From the IMG/VR virus record IMGVR_UViG_3300032307_000369, positions 124,001 to 188,000 of that record: 64,000 nt of DNA. The stretch is one strand, 5' to 3'. The notes beneath the pieces were generated by a model that was not told the DNA's origin, did not search any database, and saw nothing but the letters and a program-made list of their open reading frames with translations. Positions 47,636 to 57,105 of the stretch are shown in pieces (positions within the stretch are counted from its first letter, which is position 1; the number at the start of each line of letters is the position of its first letter). A program made the translations under genes and the position numbers.

Positions 47636-48750
47636 TATCTACCACTTTCTCCTGGAGCACATAATAAGTCATCTAATGGACTAGGTCTTGGTATAAACCC
47701 TGCTCTAGATAAATCTTTGTTTAATACTGTAATATCATTTGCAACTTTGTTGCTTGCAGAAATTAACTGATCCTGTACTTGTCTTGTAGCAGAATTATTT
47801 GAAGTCTGCGTTGGAAAGTTTACCACATTCAAACTCGAGTCAAGTTCAACTGCTGGTATACCTGCTGTGAACAAGTTATAAGGATCGTATCCGCTTAATA
47901 AGTTTTGTACTTGATCATCCGTCAATGCTAGATCTGGGTTACCGCCAGGCCCAATATCAAGTGGGAAGGTAGGGACATTTAAATTAATCTTAGATGTAAA
48001 TCCATTTGGTGTAGTGATTGTTTGTGGTTGCACCTGCTGTTCAATTGGTTCCTGATTTAATAATGACAACGGTGGTCTTCCTGAATAAAATGCAGGACTA
48101 CACCCTGGTATAAAAGGAATAAAAGGCAACAGTATTGGTGGAGGAAATTTAAATTTTAAATACTCAACTAATCGTTTTATGTATTCAGCTAAAGGATTGT
48201 AAATTATTAAATTTAATCCTAAGATTTTATTAATAGCATCTCTTGCCGCAATCAATGCTTTCTTAATTGGTTCAGGGAAGGGTATCCATCCTTGTCTAAT
48301 AATTTTTGCTAGCAATGCCGCAGCCAATAAAGGATTTTTTAAAACACACTGTATTAAATTTTGTATACTAGTAACTGCTGATTCAACATAATTTTTAATT
48401 GCCTGTATTTTGCCTTTTAAAATTTGTACAAGAATATTAACTCCTTGACTTGCTCCAAAAAGTGTTGCTAATGTTACGCCTGGGTCAATTGTGATAGTTT
48501 TTAATTGTGGTGCTGGTTCTGGTCTGTCTGTTTCTAAACCAAATATGCCTAATATACCTTGTATAATTGCCGCAACTTGTGCCAACTGTGGAACGATTGC
48601 TGCCGTACCATTAACATTAATTGCAAAGTTTCCATCTGCCTGTATAGAAAAATTTAAAAATTTTCCTACGTTTGCTCGTTGATATGATGCAGAGTATAAT
48701 GATACTCTGTCATCAATTCTCCATTCATATAATTTATTTGGACCTACCAT
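47635..48750 (-). CDS. hypothetical protein in baseplate operon
   Basis: 371-aa ORF with hydrophobic/amphipathic and Pro-rich segments. Confidence 0.7.
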   Translation of the reverse strand: MVGPNKLYEWRIDDRVSLYSASYQRANVGKFLNFSIQADGNFAINVNGTAAIVPQLAQVAAIIQGILGIFGLETDRPEPAPQLKTITIDPGVTLATLFGASQGVNILVQILKGKIQAIKNYVESAVTSIQNLIQCVLKNPLLAAALLAKIIRQGWIPFPEPIKKALIAARDAINKILGLNLIIYNPLAEYIKRLVEYLKFKFPPPILLPFIPFIPGCSPAFYSGRPPLSLLNQEPIEQQVQPQTITTPNGFTSKINLNVPTFPLDIGPGGNPDLALTDDQVQNLLSGYDPYNLFTAGIPAVELDSSLNVVNFPTQTSNNSATRQVQDQLISASNKVANDITVLNKDLSRAGFIPRPSPLDDLLCAPGESGR

Positions 48751-48759
48751 TATATTTCC

Positions 48760-50763
48760 TTATGTCAAATTAATTTGATTTAACGTAAATCTATCTGAAA
48801 AGGACTGTATTTTTTGTGATGCAGCCAAATCTTGTGACACATTTCGTGTACCAATTAATTTTTGTTTAAACGTTCCGTTTGAGAATGAACTTTCTACTTC
48901 TCGAACAGTATAATATGCACTGATTTTTGACAATGCTTTGTCTTCATTAGCTTCGCCAGATGTTAAAAATCCTTGAGAGTTAATGTCAGTTGGTGCATAG
49001 GCAACAACTCTCATAACTGGGTCAACAGATCGTAATGCGATTCCACCATCAACAGTGAACAAAGTACTCGTGCTGTCTACTTTATTTCCATCATCAATAT
49101 ACTGTGTTCCTAACCACATTGGATCTCCCAGTATTTCCATATTAAGTTCTATATTTTCATAAGGATTGTTCATCAATGAGTTTATATCTCTAGCTAGCGT
49201 AAACAATGGATCAGGTTGATTTGCACCTTTGACTGCTATCTCTTGTTTTTCATTGCTTGGATTTGGTGTTACATTGCCGGTAGTCAAATCGCCAGGTGTT
49301 GCTGTAGGCACACTGCTACTTGCTTTAACCCCTGCAATTTGTTTTTCAGTCATTTGTCCGCCAGAAGCGCCAGGCATATCAGTACTCACACCAAAATTTC
49401 CTGTAATAATCTTAGTCCACATTTGATTAAAATTTAAATTAAAAGATAAGATGTCTTTGTTTTTTCCAGTATACTGCCATTCGTACCTCCTAGCAGTCAT
49501 TCCTTCATAATCAGATGCAGGAGGTTTATATGTTGGTACAAAAATAGATGATAGTTTAGTGTAGTGAACCTTTCTAGGAACAATTTGAAATGTTATCAAC
49601 TTAGGAGTAACATTCCTAGCATTGTCATGTATTGGCAAGTTTTCTGTTTTAGTCACAACCCTCCACCAATTGATCCAACCTCCCTTGTTGAAGTCACCTT
49701 GAAATTGTGTTTTAATTTTTTCAGTAACATACAAACTGTCTTGAATAATTGCATCAATTACTTTTGTCAATCCTAACTTTCCTGATACTGTCAGTGTTGG
49801 CTTCACATCTTCGGGCCGTTCGCCTGCCTGTACAGTGCCAGTAATATATGAAGTTTTGGTGAATTCTTTATTTGAAGCGTCTTTAAATGGATCAAACATT
49901 GCAGACTTAGCAAACTCGCTACCATCTGTAACATTACCTTTTTCATCATGGAACACAATCTTATAACGGTTAAGTTTATGTCCAGTTTTATCTTCTGCAT
50001 TTTTTTGAATGGTATCTAATGTAAGTTCCAAATCTTTCATAACTTCGCCAACAGTTCTTCCTGCAACGTTTAACTCTTGATTTATTATATTAGCATCGTC
50101 ATACGTTCCTGCTTGATTAACTGGTACTCCTTTGATTTCCCATGTTGTGCCTTGCTGTGTCAGCTTTGCTTCCATGTTCGTTATAATCATTGGATAATAT
50201 CTTGTTGTATAGGGTATTAATTCTGGTGTCGTAGAGTCTTCGTGATATCCAACGAAATCAATTTTTAAAACAAAAGCATTTGACTTGTCAAAGTTTTTAT
50301 AACCTTTAACTGTTAATGCTGAAATAATATTTGTTAAAAAAGTATCAATACTATATGGCTCAATAACCTTTAAGCGTATTTCAGTAGTCCAATCTCTTGA
50401 CTTGCCTAAAAAGTTTTTAATGTACAGATCTTCCAAATAGTAATCATAATTTGCTCTAGCAGATTGATTAAGAGTGTTAACAATACTTTGTAATTTGTTA
50501 AGTGATTGAGAGTTTGTGTTTTTTGGAGACCCTGTTCCCTTACCATGGCTTACAAAAATAGGATTACTAAATCCAGCAGTTTTATAAGATCCAGATTTTA
50601 ATTCTTCTGGACTTACTACTGCAAGGGTTACTCTGTAATTAAAAGTTCTGTAGTCGTGTAGAATATTTTCACCTGGATAGGCGGCGCTTCTAATTATGTT
50701 TTTTAAAAGATTAACACCAACTTCTTTTAAGGTTGCACCCGTAGTCACTCGTTGAACAGACAT
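48760..50763 (-). CDS. baseplate hub protein (gp27-like)
   Basis: Position between gp53 and gp5; C-terminal ILGDP...Y.V..VES.FSNG.F.Q.L pattern. Confidence 0.6.
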   Translation of the reverse strand: MSVQRVTTGATLKEVGVNLLKNIIRSAAYPGENILHDYRTFNYRVTLAVVSPEELKSGSYKTAGFSNPIFVSHGKGTGSPKNTNSQSLNKLQSIVNTLNQSARANYDYYLEDLYIKNFLGKSRDWTTEIRLKVIEPYSIDTFLTNIISALTVKGYKNFDKSNAFVLKIDFVGYHEDSTTPELIPYTTRYYPMIITNMEAKLTQQGTTWEIKGVPVNQAGTYDDANIINQELNVAGRTVGEVMKDLELTLDTIQKNAEDKTGHKLNRYKIVFHDEKGNVTDGSEFAKSAMFDPFKDASNKEFTKTSYITGTVQAGERPEDVKPTLTVSGKLGLTKVIDAIIQDSLYVTEKIKTQFQGDFNKGGWINWWRVVTKTENLPIHDNARNVTPKLITFQIVPRKVHYTKLSSIFVPTYKPPASDYEGMTARRYEWQYTGKNKDILSFNLNFNQMWTKIITGNFGVSTDMPGASGGQMTEKQIAGVKASSSVPTATPGDLTTGNVTPNPSNEKQEIAVKGANQPDPLFTLARDINSLMNNPYENIELNMEILGDPMWLGTQYIDDGNKVDSTSTLFTVDGGIALRSVDPVMRVVAYAPTDINSQGFLTSGEANEDKALSKISAYYTVREVESSFSNGTFKQKLIGTRNVSQDLAASQKIQSFSDRFTLNQINLT

Positions 50764-51071
50764 TATACAACTCCTAAATCTGCAAACAACCTTGATCTCT
50801 GTGGGATATAAATTTTTACTCCAGCAATTAAATCATAAATTGGATCTTTAATTACTTCTGGATTACGCATGGCAAACACCCACCATAATTTAGGATCTCC
50901 ATATGCGTCATTAGCCAATAAATCTGGACGATGTTCATACTGTGACGGTAATTCAACTAAGGTGTCGTCAACTGACAACGTTATTTCTCTTGGTGTCCAA
51001 ACATCAAGATAAAAATCAGTCAGCTGTGTATTTTTATATGGTGAATATTCGCCATATTTGTATTCACTCAT
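50763..51071 (-). CDS. baseplate wedge protein gp53-like (LysM-like)
   Basis: RPDLLANDAYGDPKLWWVFAMRN motif. Confidence 0.85.
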   Translation of the reverse strand: MSEYKYGEYSPYKNTQLTDFYLDVWTPREITLSVDDTLVELPSQYEHRPDLLANDAYGDPKLWWVFAMRNPEVIKDPIYDLIAGVKIYIPQRSRLFADLGVV

Positions 51072-51844
51072 TATAGATATCCTCTTCCATCTAATGTTCC
51101 AGATATAAATTGATCAACACTAAAGTTAGACATTTCGCGTCTACTGTAAACAGGAACTAATGTCATTGATATTGTACTCAATGTTGGAACTTTATTAACT
51201 CTATTACCAAAATTAAATCCAGTAATGTAGTCTACATCATTAGGCAAATCAATACTAAACCCACCTACTACCACAGGAATGTTTTCATAAACATTTGCAC
51301 CGTAGGCATTAAAACGGCAAACTGGTGGAGGTGATCCAGATAGTGTGTCATTGCCTGTTCTCATTTTTGTAATTGCTCTTAAGGCATGCACTGTTGCTAG
51401 CCAATAAACTGCTTCCTGTCTATTTTGTACTGGAAACTGTCCTGACACGCTTATGGTTCCAACATCTGTATTCTGATAAGAATAAACTGCATAATTACTA
51501 TGTTGTATGTTTGCAGGATTCCAGTTTACTTTAGTGTCTTGCTTTACTGTGGGAGTTACTGGGAAGTAAATTCCTGCCCATGCGCCTGGATTTGACCCTG
51601 TTGGGTTACTATCCAAAACTTGAGTAATAGATCCAACGGGCCAGTACTGATTAGGAATTTTCAAATATACTCTGCTTTCTAAACTCGCCTGTCTTTCTTG
51701 GGAGGTAAAACTAACTTTAACCGTAGAGTTTAGCACCTTATCTGCCGCGGCAGTCCTAATTATAGACTGTCCGTTAGTAAGCTGTCCGGAACCCCATACT
51801 TCTTGGGCCGATGCCGCAAGATTTGTAAAACTGAAATCACTCAT
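51071..51844 (-). CDS. tail tube initiator / baseplate-tube junction protein (gp48/gp54-like)
   Basis: FPVTP...ISVSGQF...PPPVCRFNAYG...VPT pattern; position at the head of the baseplate operon. Confidence 0.6.
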   Translation of the reverse strand: MSDFSFTNLAASAQEVWGSGQLTNGQSIIRTAAADKVLNSTVKVSFTSQERQASLESRVYLKIPNQYWPVGSITQVLDSNPTGSNPGAWAGIYFPVTPTVKQDTKVNWNPANIQHSNYAVYSYQNTDVGTISVSGQFPVQNRQEAVYWLATVHALRAITKMRTGNDTLSGSPPPVCRFNAYGANVYENIPVVVGGFSIDLPNDVDYITGFNFGNRVNKVPTLSTISMTLVPVYSRREMSNFSVDQFISGTLDGRGYL

Positions 51845-51862
51845 TTGAATATTCTCCCTACA

Positions 51863-51870
51863 TATTTATT
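51863..51870 (-). promoter_or_regulatory. late promoter of baseplate operon
   Basis: AATAAATA on the - strand, upstream of an AGGGAG SD. Confidence 0.65.
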
Positions 51871-51898
51871 TGACAAAATTATGTAGGTAGTTTATAAT
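51870..51898 (+). promoter_or_regulatory. consensus sigma70 promoter of gp55 operon
   Basis: TTGACA-N17-TATAAT. Confidence 0.85.
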
Positions 51899-51924
51899 AT
51901 AGTTATTAGGAGTATATAACAATA

Positions 51925-52815
51925 ATGATAATAACGACTGTAAAGAGAAACAAATATCTTAACAACAAAGACCTACTGTTACAGATACACAAGAGCAAGA
52001 ACACATATGGATCATTTATGGGTCCTGAATATGAGGACTATGATCTAATCCTTCCATCTGTTGATAAAATCAATGTAAGAACTATCGCAGAAGCTAAACG
52101 TAATAGAGCTAAACGGCTAGGAACTAGGTTATATCAACAAAATAAAGCTCAAGGCATTAAGGATGTCAAGCTAGTTGACTGCATAATTGACTACAAAAAG
52201 GTACCAAAAACTGATTTAGTGTTTAGGATTATGACACATGAACACGTGCCACTTGCTCCTGGACGTAAGAAAACAGTGAAAAGCACAGCTGACGCTCATG
52301 AAAGATGTAACTTTCCTCCCTATCAACATTGGGCATTTGATGCTAATGATGTACTAATGTGTGTAGGAAAAAGTCACTGGAAGGGCACTTTGCAAAACGG
52401 TACCTTTTCTAAAGAACACGGAAGAATTACTGAAGAGCTTGGCAAAATGTATCTAATGCTAGCTGAACGATATGCACAAAGAAGCAATTGGCGAGGTTAT
52501 ACTTACGTTGAAGAAATGAAAGGACAAGCAATTTTACAATTAAGTCAGATTGGTCTACAGTTTGATGAAAGTAAATCTGAAAATCCTTTTGCTTATTATA
52601 CTGCCGCCGTTACTAACAGTTTTACTCGTGTGCTTAATATTGAAAAGCGTATGCAAAATATTCGTGATGACATGTTAGAAGAAAGCGGACTAACTCCTAG
52701 CTTTACAAGACAAAACCAACAAGAATACGCAGAGGAAACTGCACGTCAAGCTGCCTTGTACAAGGGCATGAGACAAGCAAAAAGTGAAGATACTCCAGAG
52801 GAAGAAGCTGAATGA
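51925..52815 (+). CDS. late transcription sigma factor gp55-like
   Basis: YLNNKDLL, RSNWRGYTY.EEM and FDESKSENPFAYYT motifs; upstream of gp47/gp46. Confidence 0.85.
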   Translation: MIITTVKRNKYLNNKDLLLQIHKSKNTYGSFMGPEYEDYDLILPSVDKINVRTIAEAKRNRAKRLGTRLYQQNKAQGIKDVKLVDCIIDYKKVPKTDLVFRIMTHEHVPLAPGRKKTVKSTADAHERCNFPPYQHWAFDANDVLMCVGKSHWKGTLQNGTFSKEHGRITEELGKMYLMLAERYAQRSNWRGYTYVEEMKGQAILQLSQIGLQFDESKSENPFAYYTAAVTNSFTRVLNIEKRMQNIRDDMLEESGLTPSFTRQNQQEYAEETARQAALYKGMRQAKSEDTPEEEAE

Positions 52816-53834
52816 CAAATCTTTTTAAGAAAGCAGCCTGTTTTACTGATATCCATTTTGGATTGAAGAGTAATAGTCGTACACACAATGAAGATTGTGC
52901 TGATTTTGTTGATTGGTTTATTGCTACTGCTAAAGAAAAAGGTGCAGAAACTTGCATTTTCTTAGGAGATTGGCATCATAATCGCTCAACAACTGACGTT
53001 AGTACAATGAATTATACAGTAAATGCGTTAGAAAAACTTAACAGCGCATTTGACACTGTACATATTATTACAGGTAATCATGACCAGTATTATAAGGACA
53101 AAAGAGATCTACATAGTTTAGAATATGGCAGATTATTTCCAAATATTAACATGGTCAATAATGCTTTTACAGAAGGAAATGTCACTATTCTTCCTTGGCT
53201 AGTAGGCGATGAATGGAAGACTATTGAAAAGATCAAGAGCAAATACATATTTGGTCACTTTGAACTTCCGCTGTTTTATATGAACGCCATGGTGCAAATG
53301 CCTGATCATGGCGAACTACAGCCCACTCACTTCAAACATCAAGATTATGTTTTTAGTGGTCACTTTCATAAGAGACAGAGCAAGGACAAAGTTCATTACA
53401 TTGGCAATGCCTTCCCACACAACTATGCTGACAGCTGGGATGACATGAGAGGAATGATGTTATTGGAATGGGACAAGCCGCCTGAATATATTGATTGGCC
53501 TGACTGTCCTAAATATCGTTCTGTAAAATTAAGTAGACTTCTTGATGAGAAAGATAGTATAATGAAGAGTAAGATGTACTTACGTGTTACTCTTGACATT
53601 GATATTACCTTTGAAGAGGCTAATTTCATTAAGGAAACCTTTATGAAAGAGTACGACATCCGAGAATTAAGTTTGATTACGGAGAAAGATAACTTGGAAG
53701 GACTAGTTGATGAAAATACTGATGTTAAGTTTGAAAGCGTAGATCAAATCGTAGCTGAACAAATCGTTGCCTTAGAGACTGGCACATATAATAACAATAC
53801 TCTATTAAGCATTTATAACGGACTTCATGTTTAA
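52812..53834 (+). CDS. recombination nuclease gp47 (Mre11/SbcD-like)
   Basis: DIHFG, GD, GNHD, GHFE and SGHFH phosphoesterase motifs. Confidence 0.92.
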   Translation: MTNLFKKAACFTDIHFGLKSNSRTHNEDCADFVDWFIATAKEKGAETCIFLGDWHHNRSTTDVSTMNYTVNALEKLNSAFDTVHIITGNHDQYYKDKRDLHSLEYGRLFPNINMVNNAFTEGNVTILPWLVGDEWKTIEKIKSKYIFGHFELPLFYMNAMVQMPDHGELQPTHFKHQDYVFSGHFHKRQSKDKVHYIGNAFPHNYADSWDDMRGMMLLEWDKPPEYIDWPDCPKYRSVKLSRLLDEKDSIMKSKMYLRVTLDIDITFEEANFIKETFMKEYDIRELSLITEKDNLEGLVDENTDVKFESVDQIVAEQIVALETGTYNNNTLLSIYNGLHV

Positions 53835-55620
53835 ACTAAAAACAATAACAGTAAAAAACTTTATGAGTGTGGGGAACCAGACTCAAGCCGTAGATTTTGA
53901 CAAGAATCATTTGACTTTGGTGTTGGGTGAAAACGTAGACTTAGGCGGAGATGACAGCGGTAGTCGTAATGGTACTGGTAAAACAACTATCATCAATGCT
54001 TTGTGCTATGCTTTATATGGCGAAGCCTTAACTAAGATTAAAAAAGAAAATTTAATTAACAAGACAAACGGTAAAAACCTAATTGTTACTTGTGAATTTG
54101 AAATTAATGGCAGACAGTATAAGATTGAAAGAGGAAGAAGACCAAACTTCTTAAAATTTTACGTTGATCATGTTCAAATAAAAGATGATTCACAGGGCGA
54201 TGACGATGCTCAAGGAGACAGTAGAGAAACACAAAAGGCTATTGAATCTTTATTAGGCATGAGTCAAACAATGTTCAAGCATTTGGTTGCATTGAACACA
54301 TATACCGAACCGTTTCTAAGCATGCGGGCAAATGATCAACGAGAAGTCATTGAACAGTTGCTTGGTATAACCTTGTTAAGTGAGAAAGCAGAATTACTTA
54401 AAGTTCAAGTAAAAGAAATTAAAGATCAAATTCAAGCAGAAACTTTTAAAATCGACAGCATAAGGACTAGTAATGAAAAAGTACAACAATCAATTGACAG
54501 CCTCTCTACTAAAAGTAAAGCCTGGGAATCCAAGCGAGAACAAGACTGCGCCGGTTACCAATCAGCGATTGCCGAGTTGCGCTCTGTTGATATCGACGGA
54601 GAAATTGAAAAACATGCTAGACTCAAGGTGTACAACGAACTAACAGCAAAAATTAGTTCATTAAACAAGCAGAAGGCCACTCTTGAAACTGCTATTGGTC
54701 AAGCTGAAAAGACCGTTAGCAAGTATACTAGAGAGTTAGAACAACTTGATAATAAAAAATGTCCTGCTTGCGAACAAGAACTGCATGATCATAAACACGA
54801 CGAGATGAAAGACACTGCTGTAAAGCATTTGTCTGATTCAATTGCGTATCAAGACAAGGTGTTAGCTGACCTTAATCTAGTGTTAAAAGAATTGTCTGAC
54901 ATTGGCGATATCAATGGAAGACCGTCTACTTACTATGACAGTGCTGAACAAGCCTACAATCATAGAAATAACGTTGAAAGTTTGAGTAAGGCTCTTGCTG
55001 ACAAGCAAGTAGAGTTGAATCCTTACACTGAACAAGTGGACGAATTACGAAAAACAGCATTACAAGAAATCAGTTGGGACACAGTTAATGAGTTGACTAG
55101 TGTAAAAGACCATATGGAGTTCTTACACAAACTATTAACCAGCAAAGATAGTTTTATACGTAAGAAAATTATTGATCAAAATCTTGCATATCTAAACAAA
55201 CGTCTAAGTTATTACTTGAATAAGGCAGGGTTGCCACATCAAGTCAAGTTCTTAAACGATTTGAACGTTGAGATTACACAGCTAGGCCAAGACTTAGACT
55301 TTGATAACTTGAGTCGCGGTGAACGCAACCGACTTATTTTAAGTTTAAGTTGGGCGTTCCGTGATGTTTGGGAAAGTTTATATCATCCTATTAACTTATT
55401 GTTCATTGATGAACTTATTGATGCAGGCATGGATAGTGCAGGTGTTGAAGGTGCATTGGCGATTCTTAAGAAGATGGCTAGAGAAAGAGATAAAAATATC
55501 TATTTGATCAGTCACAAGGATGAACTTGCGGGTCGAGTAAACAGTATTTTACGAGTGATTAAAGAAAACGGGTTTACCAGCTACTCAACTGACACAGATG
55601 TTATTGAAGCTCCGGTATAA
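53827..55620 (+). CDS. recombination ATPase gp46 (Rad50/SbcC-like)
   Basis: NGTGKT Walker A, CPAC zinc hook, LSRGE signature, LFIDE and ISH motifs. Confidence 0.93.
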   Translation: MFKLKTITVKNFMSVGNQTQAVDFDKNHLTLVLGENVDLGGDDSGSRNGTGKTTIINALCYALYGEALTKIKKENLINKTNGKNLIVTCEFEINGRQYKIERGRRPNFLKFYVDHVQIKDDSQGDDDAQGDSRETQKAIESLLGMSQTMFKHLVALNTYTEPFLSMRANDQREVIEQLLGITLLSEKAELLKVQVKEIKDQIQAETFKIDSIRTSNEKVQQSIDSLSTKSKAWESKREQDCAGYQSAIAELRSVDIDGEIEKHARLKVYNELTAKISSLNKQKATLETAIGQAEKTVSKYTRELEQLDNKKCPACEQELHDHKHDEMKDTAVKHLSDSIAYQDKVLADLNLVLKELSDIGDINGRPSTYYDSAEQAYNHRNNVESLSKALADKQVELNPYTEQVDELRKTALQEISWDTVNELTSVKDHMEFLHKLLTSKDSFIRKKIIDQNLAYLNKRLSYYLNKAGLPHQVKFLNDLNVEITQLGQDLDFDNLSRGERNRLILSLSWAFRDVWESLYHPINLLFIDELIDAGMDSAGVEGALAILKKMARERDKNIYLISHKDELAGRVNSILRVIKENGFTSYSTDTDVIEAPV

Positions 55621-55622
55621 TT

Positions 55623-55871
55623 ATGTTTAAAGAAAAGCATGAACGATTTCTAGAGCTCATAATTGCATATTACAACTGCAAAGAGAACTGGTTAGAAAAC
55701 GGAACACGCGAACGCACCATTGCTTATCGAAAAGTTTTAAAAGAACTAAGCAGGTTAACCAAAGAGATGTCTGATATCGTGATGGAAGCACAGCACGAAA
55801 GATGGCGAGAAAATAAAGAAATGCGCAAAAATACTGGCACTTATGTTACAAAAAGAAGGCCAAAAGTATAA
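55623..55871 (+). CDS. small helical basic protein
   Basis: 82-aa ORF; weak similarity to the downstream Hc1-like ORF. Confidence 0.65.
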   Translation: MFKEKHERFLELIIAYYNCKENWLENGTRERTIAYRKVLKELSRLTKEMSDIVMEAQHERWRENKEMRKNTGTYVTKRRPKV

Positions 55872-55946
55872 GAATCAATTTCTTCACAAATACTGCGTAT
55901 TAGAATTAAGTAATACGCACTTCAGCTTATAAAAAGGAAAATTAAA

Positions 55947-56141
55947 ATGACAGATACTATTAAATTAATCGAAGATTCACTAGCACAATGGAAGGCTGAA
56001 GACGAGAAATTCGTCAAAGGTAACAGCGCCGCTGGCACAAGAGCTCGCAAGGCATTGGCAGAACTAGCCAAGGCAGTAAAAATTCGCCGTAACGAAATTA
56101 CAGCAGAGAAGAACGCTCGTAAAGAAGCCAAGGCAGCTTAA
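55947..56141 (+). CDS. histone H1-like (Hc1 family) protein
   Basis: EKFVKGNSAAGTRARKALAEL motif; AAGGA SD. Confidence 0.75.
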   Translation: MTDTIKLIEDSLAQWKAEDEKFVKGNSAAGTRARKALAELAKAVKIRRNEITAEKNARKEAKAA

Positions 56142-56305
56142 TGTCAGACGTTGACGTTAAGCGATTACTTCAGCTTGAGCAAACTGTAAAAAGATTAGAG
56201 TTCCAAGTTGCACAACTAACTCAAAGAGTCAATTACTTTGAGCGTGAACGTCAACGAATTAAAACTGATATCAATCATATTGCAGGGATCCTTAGAAAGC
56301 AATGA
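56141..56305 (+). CDS. small coiled-coil protein (54 aa, absent from ORF track)
   Basis: TAATG and ATGA coupling at both ends. Reads MSDVDVKRLLQLEQTVKRLEFQVAQLTQRVNYFERERQRIKTDINHIAGILRKQ. Confidence 0.7.
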   Translation: MSDVDVKRLLQLEQTVKRLEFQVAQLTQRVNYFERERQRIKTDINHIAGILRKQ

Positions 56306-56748
56306 CATGGTTGTACGAAGGGATCACTGTTGAACAACTTCCAGAGGAGTGTGTTGGTTTTGTTTATATCATTACCAACACACTTACTGGTCGCAAATAT
56401 ATAGGCAAAAAACTAGCAAAATTTAGTCGAACTACTTACAGAGTACAAAAATTAAAAAACGGTACTAAGAAGAAAAAAAGAATTAAAAGTAAAGTAGATA
56501 GCGACTGGCAAGAATATTATGGCTCAAGTGACGAACTGAACAAAGACATAGAGACATTAGGCAAAGAAAACTTCAAACGTGAAATTCTCCACTATTGCAC
56601 GAGTAAGGCAGAAACTTCATATCTAGAAGCTAAAGAGCAATTTGAACGTAAGGTATTGGAAACTGATGAGTATTACAATGGCCACATTCAAGTTCGCGTC
56701 CACGGCTCACACATAATCAAAAAATTTAAGGCTCAATTAAACAGTTAA
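56302..56748 (+). CDS. single-domain GIY-YIG endonuclease
   Basis: GFVYIITN...RKYIGKK, YYGSS, F.REIL, E and YYN motifs. Confidence 0.88.
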   Translation: MTWLYEGITVEQLPEECVGFVYIITNTLTGRKYIGKKLAKFSRTTYRVQKLKNGTKKKKRIKSKVDSDWQEYYGSSDELNKDIETLGKENFKREILHYCTSKAETSYLEAKEQFERKVLETDEYYNGHIQVRVHGSHIIKKFKAQLNS

Positions 56749-57105
56749 TGACTCGCACAGGTTAATATCATGTGCCTAGAGACAACCCGATAATAAGGGG
56801 GACGGAAGTCTTGCCGCTGTAGCAAGCACTCAACTAGTATCCTTAACAGGACCACGATAGCAAGCATGCCTGCTGTTTAGTTGTTTGAATAGAGTCAAAA
56901 AAGGCAAAAAGAAGGGAGAAAAACCCTACGTTTGTGTGTATGTTAGCGTATGTACACAAACCGCCGTCATAATGAAGACGCAACTCGAGGTACCGGATGA
57001 CCGCCTCTGTAATGTTGTAACGCTAAGTGGTTGTGCTACTCGGATAATGTAGATCATTTCACTTCGCCCGCCAGGGCGAAGTGTGGCTGATTAATCTGGA
57101 TAATA
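56749..57105 (+). ncRNA. candidate structured non-coding RNA of unrecognised family
   Basis: ORF-free and GC-richer than its flanks; many nested stems with G-U pairs on the + strand (see findings). Confidence 0.55.

Noticed and set aside
53827-55620. LSRGE instead of the LSGGE ABC signature as a sign of inactivation
   Set aside because: Phage gp46 signatures vary, and Walker A/B, the zinc hook and the His switch are intact.
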